Source: an uncultured Candidatus Binatia bacterium (GTDB lineage: Bacteria > Desulfobacterota > Binatia > Bin18). From it: a stretch of 64,000 bases of DNA. Numbering within the stretch: the stretch's first letter is position 1; every line of letters begins with the position of its first letter. Both the position numbers and the translations under genes were made by a program. The DNA lies in NCBI GenBank assembly GCA_965204455.1, contig CBDBEO010000001.1, forward strand, positions 6,135 to 70,134, written 5' to 3'. Of this stretch, positions 37,403 to 46,332 are shown piece by piece. Under the pieces are notes generated by a model. It worked only from the letters and a program-made list of their open reading frames with translations, had not been told where the DNA came from and did not search any database.

Positions 37403-38530
37403 CTAATCGCGGAAGCGCGGCATGACCTTTTCGGCGAACAGCTCGAAGCTGCGTAGCACCACGTCGCGGGGCAGCAGGCCGTCGCCAATCAGGAAGAACA
37501 TTTCGTCGGTGCCGATTTTGATCGCCAGTTCGATTTTGCGCGATACGCTGTCCGCGTCGCCGATCAGCGGCTCGGCCACCCCCAGGCCGAACGGAATGCC
37601 CCATTGCTCCCAGAACCAGCGGGTGTCGGCCAGGGCGCGCTGGGTCTGGGCGGCGCTGTCGGTCACCACCAGCTGTCCGCCCAGGGCCAGCTCGGTGCCG
37701 GGCGGGACGGTGCGGCCGGCCTTGTCGGCTTCTTCGCGGTAGATGCTCTGTAGCCGGGCGCACAGCTCTTCGTGCAGGAGAATGATGATCGGTTTGCCGC
37801 CCTCGCGGGCCCAGTAGCGAATCGACTCGGTGTTATGGGTAAACCCGGCGTACAGCGGCGGGTAGGGCTTTTGGTAGGGGCGCGGAGCGATGCCGACCTG
37901 CTCGATGCGCATATCCTCCGTCACCCCCGCGCCATAGCGGGTATAGGCTTCCATGGGATGCGGGTTTGTGGCGTCGGGGGGCGGGAACTGCCAGAACTCG
38001 CCCCGGTGGCAAAAGGTGTCCTGGGTCCAGGCTTTCTTGATGATCGCCACGCCTTCTTCAAACACCCGGCGGTTGAGCAGGTCGGAGGCCTGTTTTTTAT
38101 TCCAGTGGCCGACCGCCTCGACGCCCGGCCGGGTGGCATAGTTCTGGACCCAGCGCGCTTGATAGCCGCGCACGAAGGCGACGTTGAGCCGGCCTTGCAG
38201 CATGTGATCCATCATGGCCACATCCTCGGCCACCCGCAGCGGGTTGTGGGTGTTGAGCACATAGCCCAGCACGTCGACGCGCAGCCGCTCGGAATGCTGG
38301 CCGATGAACATGCTCAGCAGGCCCGGGCTGCCGGTCGCCTCCATGCCCTCGATCTGCAGGTGATGCTCGGGATGGCCGAAGCCGGCAAAGCCGGCCTGGT
38401 CGCACAAGCGGACGTAGTCCTTGAGATCGTTCAGCATGCGCTGGTACAGGGCCGGGTTTTTTCCGGCCATGCCGGCCTCCAGCTCCGGGCGGGTACCGAC
38501 CGTTCCGTAGGCAATCGCGTGAAATTTCAT
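37403..38530 (-). CDS. LLM-class flavin-dependent oxidoreductase
   Basis: 375-aa luciferase-like pattern: ...AGFAGFGHPEHH... Confidence 0.8.
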   Translation of the reverse strand: MKFHAIAYGTVGTRPELEAGMAGKNPALYQRMLNDLKDYVRLCDQAGFAGFGHPEHHLQIEGMEATGSPGLLSMFIGQHSERLRVDVLGYVLNTHNPLRVAEDVAMMDHMLQGRLNVAFVRGYQARWVQNYATRPGVEAVGHWNKKQASDLLNRRVFEEGVAIIKKAWTQDTFCHRGEFWQFPPPDATNPHPMEAYTRYGAGVTEDMRIEQVGIAPRPYQKPYPPLYAGFTHNTESIRYWAREGGKPIIILLHEELCARLQSIYREEADKAGRTVPPGTELALGGQLVVTDSAAQTQRALADTRWFWEQWGIPFGLGVAEPLIGDADSVSRKIELAIKIGTDEMFFLIGDGLLPRDVVLRSFELFAEKVMPRFRD

Positions 38531-38595
38531 CGTGCTCCTTTCAGCTCAGCACGGAGGTCGAGCGAGGCGTGGTGATCGGCCAGAACCAGCTGTAC

Positions 38596-39012
38596 TCATG
38601 GGCAGAGATCTTTCTTGAGCAGGTGTTTGTGCCGTTGGGTTTGATAGATATTGCCTCCAACGATTGATTTGAAGTCAGCGTGTAGATCTGTATCACTTGA
38701 GACCAACACGCGGACTCCAGAAACCTGAGCCAGAGCGAGGATGTCCGGGTCGTTCGAGCGTAACTTTGGCAGCCTCTTCTTCTCCTGCTCAACGGCTTCC
38801 ATGGGAAAGTCTTTGAGCTTCCCGGCTCTTCTGTATTGCGTAAACCGATTTCTCACTCTTGGCGATCTCTCTAATTCATCCTTCATTTTGCCCACCGGCG
38901 AATAGACAATTGCTCCGTTCTTGTTGTCTACCCAATCTCTCACAGGCTTCATATCTTCATTGTCGGGAGCGAGAAACAGGCCGTAGTTATCCGTGTCCAG
39001 AATAAGGCACAT
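38596..39012 (-). CDS. PIN-like domain nuclease (putative), inside a low-GC island
   Basis: Starts MCLILDTDNYGLF (the PIN strand-1 Asp motif). Four acidic positions have PIN-like spacing: D6, E45, D96/98 (NDPDILALA) and D117/119 (SSDTDLH). Local GC is about 45-50%. The alternative start at 39036 is non-ATG. Confidence 0.5.
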   Translation of the reverse strand: MCLILDTDNYGLFLAPDNEDMKPVRDWVDNKNGAIVYSPVGKMKDELERSPRVRNRFTQYRRAGKLKDFPMEAVEQEKKRLPKLRSNDPDILALAQVSGVRVLVSSDTDLHADFKSIVGGNIYQTQRHKHLLKKDLCP

Positions 39013-39022
39013 GATTCTGCTC

Positions 39023-40363
39023 TTAACTAAAACCAAGTAATTTATCGGATTCTTTGATAAAGAATTCCCGGTAGCTGGACGGAGCGCCTAACAGATTCGC
39101 CTGTCCGTCAAACATGATGTTGTGAACCTTGACGCCATTGCCTGCTGGCTCCAGGTAGATAAGCGAAACGTCTTCCGGCGATACTCTCTTGTTCATAATC
39201 TCGATACGGGCACGATCAACCATATAGTCGCTATGTGTTTCGATGATAAAATTATGCTTCTTCTGTTTGATCAGATCAATCAGCAAGGACGATAGCTCTG
39301 CTTGTCCTCTAGGGTGTAGGTGAACCTCCGGTTGTTGCATCAAAAACGGCACCCCCGGACGCGAATTTAACATGCGTACCAAAATAGGCAGAAGCTGATT
39401 TACGCCGTAGCCTACATCTATCATATTGACCTTCGGTCCTCTGACTTTGATTTGCAGTTGAAAGGGGTCACCAATGGATTTTCCGAGCCTTCTGACGTGG
39501 ATGTCTGAGAACAACCCAGAAGATTGACCAAATTCAATCAGTCTTTCCTTGAGTGCTTTCCACTCCTTCTCATTCGCCCTGAACATGTTCATGAGCACCA
39601 TAGGGATATCACTACCCTCGGGACTGATGGTTTCCTTCAAAGGGTTATAGGTCCGCTGCGGCTTGGAACGAATGGGTGCGAAGCTGTAAGGTCTTTCTTC
39701 GTACGGTCCATACCGTCTCCCAGATAAGAACTCTGGGAATCTTTCAACAAATTTGTAAAAATTCTCTTCCTCGGAAGACAGGTCCCTCTTCTCCGCCGCT
39801 TCAAACGCCATATAAGTCAAGTTAGACGATACGTTCGTATTCAATCGAGACCGATTTATCCTAACGACAAATTTCCTCAATCCCTCTTCTCCGACGCTCT
39901 CGCTAATTTCAGAGTTAGGGCCAGGAATCCTTTGTCTGTTTGGTTCATCAATCTTCTCTTTACCTTCGATGAAGACCATCTCACCCTCGGGAAGAGTTAC
40001 ACGCTGCTCCTGAACAACAGGCTCAGAACCCTTCTCTTTCTCCGTTAGGGTCAGGATATACTCTGTGCCACCTCTTTTGTTTTCGGAGCTGTACTCAAAG
40101 CCAAATCTGAAGCTTTTCTTTCGGGGGCTGGATTTCCTTACGATATCGGCGAACGTTCCCATTTGATAGGGATCGACGTTAAAATCCAAGTGGGACTCAT
40201 ATGGTGTCGGGCTTGCGAAAGTGTGTAAGGTTTGAAAACAGCCGAGAACGGTGGTTTTTCCGGTGCTATTCTCGCCGACCAGGAAGGTCAGGGGCCGGAT
40301 GTTGAACTCTTGTCTGCCGGCGAAACAACGAACGTCTTCGATTATCAATTTTCGGAGGTTCAC
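39023..40363 (-). CDS. AAA_21/AAA_15-type SMC-like ABC ATPase (OLD/AbiL/GajA-N-like, no nuclease domain), inside a low-GC island
   Basis: Walker A LVGENSTGKTT. C-terminal ...VPFLMQQPEVHLHP... then ...NFIIETHSDYM (H-loop THS). The Walker B position reads QQPE rather than the canonical DEPE. 446 aa. Confidence 0.75.
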   Translation of the reverse strand: MNLRKLIIEDVRCFAGRQEFNIRPLTFLVGENSTGKTTVLGCFQTLHTFASPTPYESHLDFNVDPYQMGTFADIVRKSSPRKKSFRFGFEYSSENKRGGTEYILTLTEKEKGSEPVVQEQRVTLPEGEMVFIEGKEKIDEPNRQRIPGPNSEISESVGEEGLRKFVVRINRSRLNTNVSSNLTYMAFEAAEKRDLSSEEENFYKFVERFPEFLSGRRYGPYEERPYSFAPIRSKPQRTYNPLKETISPEGSDIPMVLMNMFRANEKEWKALKERLIEFGQSSGLFSDIHVRRLGKSIGDPFQLQIKVRGPKVNMIDVGYGVNQLLPILVRMLNSRPGVPFLMQQPEVHLHPRGQAELSSLLIDLIKQKKHNFIIETHSDYMVDRARIEIMNKRVSPEDVSLIYLEPAGNGVKVHNIMFDGQANLLGAPSSYREFFIKESDKLLGFS

Positions 40364-40503
40364 ACCGTTACCTCCACAATCGTCATGGTGTCGTTGCCGA
40401 AGATGTCCACGACTTTGACGGCGATCTTATGCCGGCCCGGCGAGTATTCATGCCGATCATCATGCAGGAGCGCTCTGTACGTGCGTGACATCAGAATGTT
40501 TCG

Positions 40504-40806
40504 CTAAAACGGCAGGAAGCTCCGAAACAGGCTCCCGTCGTCGTCGGCCTCGACGGGTGGACCAAGCTCGTCGTCCTCGTCCGAGGCAAAGGGGTTCAGA
40601 CGGGCGAACAGGCCCGGCTTGACGATCACGTCTCCCTCTCGGGGTTCTACGTCTTCGGGACTGGCATAGACCGGCATCTCTGACCGGACGTTCTCGTCAA
40701 TGTACCGCTTGCCGACGAGGTGGTCTTCGTTATCGCCGCCAAAAATCCAGAACGAACACCCGCTCAGCGCCAGACACCACCACACACCCAGGAACACCTG
40801 TTTCAT
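40504..40806 (-). CDS. Hypothetical lipoprotein
   Basis: MKQVFLGVWWCLALSGCSF (lipobox LSGC), 100 aa, acidic C-terminus. Confidence 0.4.
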   Translation of the reverse strand: MKQVFLGVWWCLALSGCSFWIFGGDNEDHLVGKRYIDENVRSEMPVYASPEDVEPREGDVIVKPGLFARLNPFASDEDDELGPPVEADDDGSLFRSFLPF

Positions 40807-40840
40807 CGCCTTCTTCTATCCTCCTTGTGACCCGGACGGC

Positions 40841-43510
40841 TCATTCGGCCGGGGGGCCGAACAGGGTGCGCAGACTGATGTCGCCGAGCAGCAGGAAAAC
40901 GGCGGCAATAATCATGATGTTGTCCAGCGGGTGTAGCTGCTTGCGCTGACCCTCGCGCTTCTGAGCCACCAGCTCGTGGGGGGCGGGGTCGAGCTTGCCG
41001 CCGCTGCCCTCGGCCAGGGCGCGCAGCAGGTCGCGGTTGGGGTGCTGTTGGCGGTACTCGTCGAGCGAGGCATCGGCCGTGCGGCTGACCATGACGGTCT
41101 GGGTCTTCTGGTTGACGACCTTGCCGTCTTTGCGCTTGATGATCGTGACTGGAAAACTGCCCTGCTGCCGGCGGGCCATGACTGCCTCGTATACCCGCGG
41201 GGCGACCGGCATCAGGGTGATCAGATCGCTGGTCGCGCCGCGGGGCAGGCGGGCCTGCAGAATGCCGTCCTGGTCGCTGTCGTAGGACTCCACCCGCAGC
41301 ACGGTCCGGTTGCGCCGCTGGGGCATGCTGATCCGGTATTCCCAGGCTGTCTCGTCGCGCATTGACCAGCGCACGGCCTGCGACCAGAACTTGCCGAAAC
41401 CCGGCCAGCGGATCCAGTTGCCCGCCCCGCTGCCGCTGGGATCGAAGGTGACGGCCACGACCTTGCCCAGCCCGTACTGCCAGGTGGCCAGAATCGGGTC
41501 GCGTTCTTCCTTGGCATCGGTGTACAGCTGGACTTTTGCGCCCTGCTTGGGGTTGGTCAACATGTATTCGTCGAGGTCGGGGAAGTCGTGCAGGCCGCTC
41601 AGGATCTGGCCGCGCACCCCGACCAGGGGCTGGATGTGTTTGGGCTCCTGATCCTCCTCGTCCTCGTCTTCCTCGTCATCCTCACCCAGGGTCTGGCGGG
41701 TGTCCTTGACCAGCAGCTGGGGCAGCCGTGCCGCGTCAGAGACGTGATAAAACCGGCCCTTGGTTTTTTCGGACATGTAGGACAGCAGCCGCAGGTTGAC
41801 GGTGTCGGCCCCGATCCGGATCGTGGTGATCGAAATCTGGCGCTGGGTAATCAGGTTGACCAGGGGGTAGTGGTCGGCCGGGCTGCGGTTGGTGTCGCCG
41901 TCGGTCAGCAGGATGATATGGCGGATGGCCCGGCGGGTCTGTCCCAGCTGGTCGGCCGCGGTTTCCAGGGCTCTGAAAAAATCGGTGCCGCCGCCGTACT
42001 GCAGGCGTTCTATCTTATCGCGCAGCTCGTTCCGGTTCTGGGACAGGGGTCTCAGCGCAGACAGCACATACGCCTCCGAATCAAAGGCGACCGCCCCGGC
42101 CATGTCGCTGTCCTTGAGCTGACGCAGCACGGCCAGGGCCGACTGCTGGGCGTAGTGCATTTTCTGACCGTCGTGCAGCCCCCGGACCTTGCTGTTGTAG
42201 CCCATGCTGTTGGAGCGGTCGATGATCAGAAACAGGGCGATTGGAATGCGTTTCTTTTTGAGCGTTTTGGGCGCGGGCGGGGGTTGTTCCTGAAAGGTGA
42301 TGGGTAAGACCCGCTCGACCGGCGTCTCTCGAAAGGCCAGATCGCCGAAAGACCGGGTGCCCCCGGCCATCAGAAAGCCGCCGCCAAAATCGCGCACATA
42401 GCGCTCGATGACCCGCATCTGGCGGTCGGTGATACCGCCCCGGCCAATATCGTCAAACACCAGACAGTGATAATCGAGCAGATCTGACAACCGGGTCGGG
42501 ATGCCCTCGGGACTGCGGAACTCGATATCGACTTCCTTGAGCTGAAGCGCGCGGGCCAGGTGGGTGCGCGGGTTGTCGGTAATGACCAGCGCGCGCACCT
42601 TGCCCGAGACGGCCAGGGTGGCGTGTTGGCGGTTATTACCGGCCACGGTATCCGGCTCGGCCCTGATTTCGGCTCGCAGCAGATAGTTGCCGGGCTGCAT
42701 GATCTGGGCCGGCACCTCGAAAACCGACAGGCCGGGCCCGAGTTGGACCGACTGGTTGGTCAGCCGATCCTGGTTGGCGTGGATGGTCACCCGGCCCTCG
42801 ACCGTCTGCTCATTGCCGTTGCGGACCACCAGGCGCAGGGTAAACACGCTGCCCTCCCGCACCAGGGGCGGGATGACGAATTTCTCCAGGGAGACTTCGG
42901 GCTGTTGGCCCGAGGGCGGAATGACCGGGAAAATACTGATGCCCATCTGCCGCGCCAGGGCCAGATGCTGGCGCGCCGAGCCGCTCGTCTCGTTGCCGTC
43001 GGTCATCAGCAGCAGGCGCTTTTGGGCCTGTTCGGGGTAGAGGGCAAACACCCGCTCCAGGGCTTCGGCAATATTGGTTCCGCCGCCGGTGTGAGCCTCG
43101 TCCGGACCGACCGACACGCTGACCGAGGTCGGCGGGCCGGGCGGGACAAGCAGGCTGGTATCGGTGGCAAACGCCAGGGCCGAAAACTCCTCTTCGGCGG
43201 TCAGGTGGCCGCGCAGCTGGGCCAGGTAGTCGTTCATCCACTGGCGGCCCTCACGCGAGATGCTGTCCGAGGTATCCAGCGCCGCAACCAGGGCCAGCTT
43301 ATGCTCGGACAGGGTGGTTTGCAGGTTCAGGCCGGCCAGGGCGGCGACCAGGGCGACTGCGGCCAGGCTGCGCAGCACGGCGGCGCTGAACAACACCCCC
43401 CGTCCGCGCTGCCACACCAGCGGCAGCCACAGCAGCGGGACCAGGGCCAGCAGCCAGAACCAGTCCGGCTCAAGAAAGACGTAGCTGCGTCCGAAAATAT
43501 CGTAGCTCAT
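40841..43510 (-). CDS. Large von Willebrand factor A (vWA) domain membrane protein (BatB-like, aerotolerance-operon type)
   Basis: Start is MSYDIFGRSYVFLEPDWFWLLALVPLLWLPLV (the BatA_N-like NPxxL/TM region), followed by vWA-like segments (...LVAALDTSDSI..., ...LFLIIDRSNSMG...). An ATGA overlap with the upstream gene is verified at 43507-43510. Confidence 0.7.
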   Translation of the reverse strand: MSYDIFGRSYVFLEPDWFWLLALVPLLWLPLVWQRGRGVLFSAAVLRSLAAVALVAALAGLNLQTTLSEHKLALVAALDTSDSISREGRQWMNDYLAQLRGHLTAEEEFSALAFATDTSLLVPPGPPTSVSVSVGPDEAHTGGGTNIAEALERVFALYPEQAQKRLLLMTDGNETSGSARQHLALARQMGISIFPVIPPSGQQPEVSLEKFVIPPLVREGSVFTLRLVVRNGNEQTVEGRVTIHANQDRLTNQSVQLGPGLSVFEVPAQIMQPGNYLLRAEIRAEPDTVAGNNRQHATLAVSGKVRALVITDNPRTHLARALQLKEVDIEFRSPEGIPTRLSDLLDYHCLVFDDIGRGGITDRQMRVIERYVRDFGGGFLMAGGTRSFGDLAFRETPVERVLPITFQEQPPPAPKTLKKKRIPIALFLIIDRSNSMGYNSKVRGLHDGQKMHYAQQSALAVLRQLKDSDMAGAVAFDSEAYVLSALRPLSQNRNELRDKIERLQYGGGTDFFRALETAADQLGQTRRAIRHIILLTDGDTNRSPADHYPLVNLITQRQISITTIRIGADTVNLRLLSYMSEKTKGRFYHVSDAARLPQLLVKDTRQTLGEDDEEDEDEEDQEPKHIQPLVGVRGQILSGLHDFPDLDEYMLTNPKQGAKVQLYTDAKEERDPILATWQYGLGKVVAVTFDPSGSGAGNWIRWPGFGKFWSQAVRWSMRDETAWEYRISMPQRRNRTVLRVESYDSDQDGILQARLPRGATSDLITLMPVAPRVYEAVMARRQQGSFPVTIIKRKDGKVVNQKTQTVMVSRTADASLDEYRQQHPNRDLLRALAEGSGGKLDPAPHELVAQKREGQRKQLHPLDNIMIIAAVFLLLGDISLRTLFGPPAE

Positions 43511-45399
43511 TCCGCCCTCGCTCGGGTGTACCGCCACAGCGCGTACAGCCATTCCAGAAACAGCAGGCCTGCGGCGCCGTAGTACAACAGCTGGCCAAAC
43601 TCGACCGGCACGGTACGGCTGACCTCGTGGGGAGCCTGGGAGGTGTCCAGAACGACCGGCGCCGCCTCTGGAGCGGGCTCGGCCTGGGGCTGGCGTCCGA
43701 TGTCCGACTCGAGTTCATCGAACAAATTCGCGTACCACGTGGTCCGGTAGTCGCCGTTTTGCAGCCGATAGGCGCCCACGTGTGGAATATCCACCGCTGC
43801 GGCTTCGAGTGAGCGCGTTTCGCCGCCAGGCAGGGTCAGTTCCAGCGTCTCAAGCGCCACCGAGGTCGGCACAAAGAAGGTTTCGCCGGGCGTGGTCAGG
43901 GCCGGGACGCTGGGGTCTGGCGGCAGCAGCCAGCGCACCGCGTTCAGAAACAGCAGCAGCAGGCTCAGGTTGTCGGAGTCGGTCAGGTTGCCCCGGCCCA
44001 GGTCAAAGGCCAGGCACACCACCCGGTGGCCGTCTTTTTCGCCGGTCAGCGCCAGCGGCACCTCGCCGCCAGCGGTGCGTGACGAGATCAGGACTTGGGC
44101 CCACGACGGCAGGGCCAGCACCCGGGCCTTCTTGAGCGGCAGGGCGTCAACATACTGCAGGTTATGCAGAATCTCGTGGCTCTCGCGCCAGTCCAGAATG
44201 CTGAGATCTTTGGCCTCGGCCACGACCGGAAAGAGCGGATTGTCCAGAGGCGGGAAGACGTACAAACTGTTGGCGGCGACCGCCGTGCCGGGGACGAACT
44301 GGTGGAACACGACGATGTCCTGGGGCTCAAGGCTGAGGGTGGAAAAGTCGTCCGGGCTGACCGCAGTCAGGCTGAGGTTGGGAATCGAGCGGCTGACCCG
44401 TTGCAGCTCGCTGTGCAGGCTGGGGCTGGCCGAGACCAGGACGAGGCGGCGCTCATGACCCTGGGCCACCCAGGCCAGGGCCTGGTTGTCGACCGACAGC
44501 CCGTCGTCGGGACTGATCCGGGCGACCAACTGGCCGGCCTCGCTGAAGTTGCCGATTGAAAAGGACGCGCTCTCGCGGGCCGGCAGGCTGAACGTCCGGC
44601 GGAAGATCTGGCGCTCGTTCAGGTGGACCGTCAGGCTGCCCCGCTTGGTGCGTGCGGCGTAGTTACGGACCAGAATGTAGGCGCGCGCCTGCGAGTAGTG
44701 CTGGAACGGGTTCTGGTACAGGTTGAGGGCGGCCAGGGCGATATTGTCGTCGTTGCGACCGACCCGGTGATAGACCAGATGCGCCAGCTGGGCCTGGGGC
44801 AGGCTGAGCTGGGCCTGGGGCACGTCGGTGAAGACGTGAACGCTGGCCCGCTGGCCGGCCCGGTCGCGCTGGGCCAGGGCCAGCTCAATCCCGAGGTCGA
44901 GGTTGGTCGGGCTGTCCTCGGGCCGCAGCGATTCGAGCAGGTGCAGAAAGACGCGGTGGTCGGTGGTAAAGCCGCTGACCACCCGGGGGCGGGCCGCCAC
45001 GCTGATCAGCATCACCTCGTCGAGCGGTCCGAGGGACCGCACGACCTGGACGGCCTGGGCGCGGGCCAGGCTGAAGCGCTGGGTGGTGCCCTCACGGACC
45101 TGCATGCTGGCCGACACGTCAAAGACCAGAATATGGCGGTTGCCCTGAACCTCGGTGACCGTATGGGGGCGGTAGGGGTGCAGCAGCCCGCTCAGCAGCA
45201 GGCTCAGCAGCAGGGCTTGCAGCAGGAACAGCAGACTCGGCATGAACCGCCGGACGCGGACGCTGTCCTCCCTGATTTCGTTCCAGAACATCAGGCTGGC
45301 CACCTCAACCCGTTTCCGCCAGCGCTCCCGCAGGTAGACCAGGATCAGAATGCCCAGCAGGGCAAACAGCGGCAGGGCGGCTGGATTCAGAATGCCCAT
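43507..45399 (-). CDS. BatA-like aerotolerance-related membrane protein (Bat N-terminal domain plus vWA-like region)
   Basis: MGILNPAALPLFALLGILILVYL is the characteristic BatA N-terminal motif. ...ILVFDVSASM... is a vWA MIDAS-like DxSxS. Confidence 0.7.
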   Translation of the reverse strand: MGILNPAALPLFALLGILILVYLRERWRKRVEVASLMFWNEIREDSVRVRRFMPSLLFLLQALLLSLLLSGLLHPYRPHTVTEVQGNRHILVFDVSASMQVREGTTQRFSLARAQAVQVVRSLGPLDEVMLISVAARPRVVSGFTTDHRVFLHLLESLRPEDSPTNLDLGIELALAQRDRAGQRASVHVFTDVPQAQLSLPQAQLAHLVYHRVGRNDDNIALAALNLYQNPFQHYSQARAYILVRNYAARTKRGSLTVHLNERQIFRRTFSLPARESASFSIGNFSEAGQLVARISPDDGLSVDNQALAWVAQGHERRLVLVSASPSLHSELQRVSRSIPNLSLTAVSPDDFSTLSLEPQDIVVFHQFVPGTAVAANSLYVFPPLDNPLFPVVAEAKDLSILDWRESHEILHNLQYVDALPLKKARVLALPSWAQVLISSRTAGGEVPLALTGEKDGHRVVCLAFDLGRGNLTDSDNLSLLLLFLNAVRWLLPPDPSVPALTTPGETFFVPTSVALETLELTLPGGETRSLEAAAVDIPHVGAYRLQNGDYRTTWYANLFDELESDIGRQPQAEPAPEAAPVVLDTSQAPHEVSRTVPVEFGQLLYYGAAGLLFLEWLYALWRYTRARAE

Positions 45400-45411
45400 G
45401 GCACGCGTGTC

Positions 45412-46320
45412 CTAACGCAGGGCCAGCAGCCCGGTTCGGGTCAGCTCCTGGCTGACCACCTGGGTCACCGCCTGGCGGGTCGAGGCCTGGCTGTACAGAA
45501 TCTGGTGCTGGTGACAGAAGTCACGCACGGCGTTGAGGTGGGCCTGCAACAGCTCCTGGTAGCGGCCCAGGTTGGCCTCGCTGAGGGTAATCCAGCGCTC
45601 GGCGCCGTCCTCAACATCGTACAGCTTGCCGCGGCGGAAGAGACGCCTGGGATCCAGCTCGGCGGCGCCCAGGACGTGGACCGCCTTGACCTCATAGCCG
45701 CGCGCCTTGAGGAAGGCCAGCGACTCTCTATACTGGTCGGCCGGGGTCATGAAATCCGAGACGATGATCGCCACCCCGGGCTCCAGGGTTTGACCGATAT
45801 AGGCCCGGACCGATTCTCGCAGGGTGGTCTTGCCGCTCGCCGACAGGCTGTCAAGAAACTGCCGGAGCCGAAAAAACCGGCTGCGGTGGCGCAGAAACGG
45901 GGTCGCCCGAAAGGCCGGCGTCCGGGCGTCGGGGGCGGACAGGGCAATCAGCCGCAGGGTGTTGTTGTTGGCCAGCACGACATAGCTGAGGGCCGACATG
46001 ATATCCAGGGCAAAGCCGAACTTGTCGTCCACGGCCGGCACGCCCATTGAGGCGCTGGTGTCGAGGAAGAGGTGGAACGGAATCTCGCGTTCGGCGGTGA
46101 AAGTCCGAACCATGAGCTGATCGAGCCGCCCCAGGGTGTTCCAGTCCAGATGTCGGAAATCGTCGCCGGGCGAGTATTCTTTGAAGGATTCAAACTCGAC
46201 GCCCGAGGTTTGGCTGGTGCGGGGAATCGGGGTTTCACCCGGGCGGTGGCCGCGCGCCGTGCGGACACGAATATGAAACCGGTTGAGGGTTTTGAAGAAG
46301 GTGGAATCAAGGCTGGCCAC
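45412..46320 (-). CDS. DUF58 domain protein (MoxR-associated)
   Basis: ...FESFKEYSPGDDFRHLDWNTLGRLDQLMVRTF..LFLDTSASMG... is the DUF58 signature region. Confidence 0.8.
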   Translation of the reverse strand: MASLDSTFFKTLNRFHIRVRTARGHRPGETPIPRTSQTSGVEFESFKEYSPGDDFRHLDWNTLGRLDQLMVRTFTAEREIPFHLFLDTSASMGVPAVDDKFGFALDIMSALSYVVLANNNTLRLIALSAPDARTPAFRATPFLRHRSRFFRLRQFLDSLSASGKTTLRESVRAYIGQTLEPGVAIIVSDFMTPADQYRESLAFLKARGYEVKAVHVLGAAELDPRRLFRRGKLYDVEDGAERWITLSEANLGRYQELLQAHLNAVRDFCHQHQILYSQASTRQAVTQVVSQELTRTGLLALR

Positions 46321-46332
46321 GGTCGGATCGCC

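Noticed and set aside
38531-40510. Target-site duplication or integrase/tRNA marking the low-GC island boundaries
   Set aside because: I compared roughly 70 bp on each flank by eye and found no direct repeat of 8 bp or more. There is no integrase, transposase or tRNA in or next to the island. The island call therefore rests on composition and gene content only.
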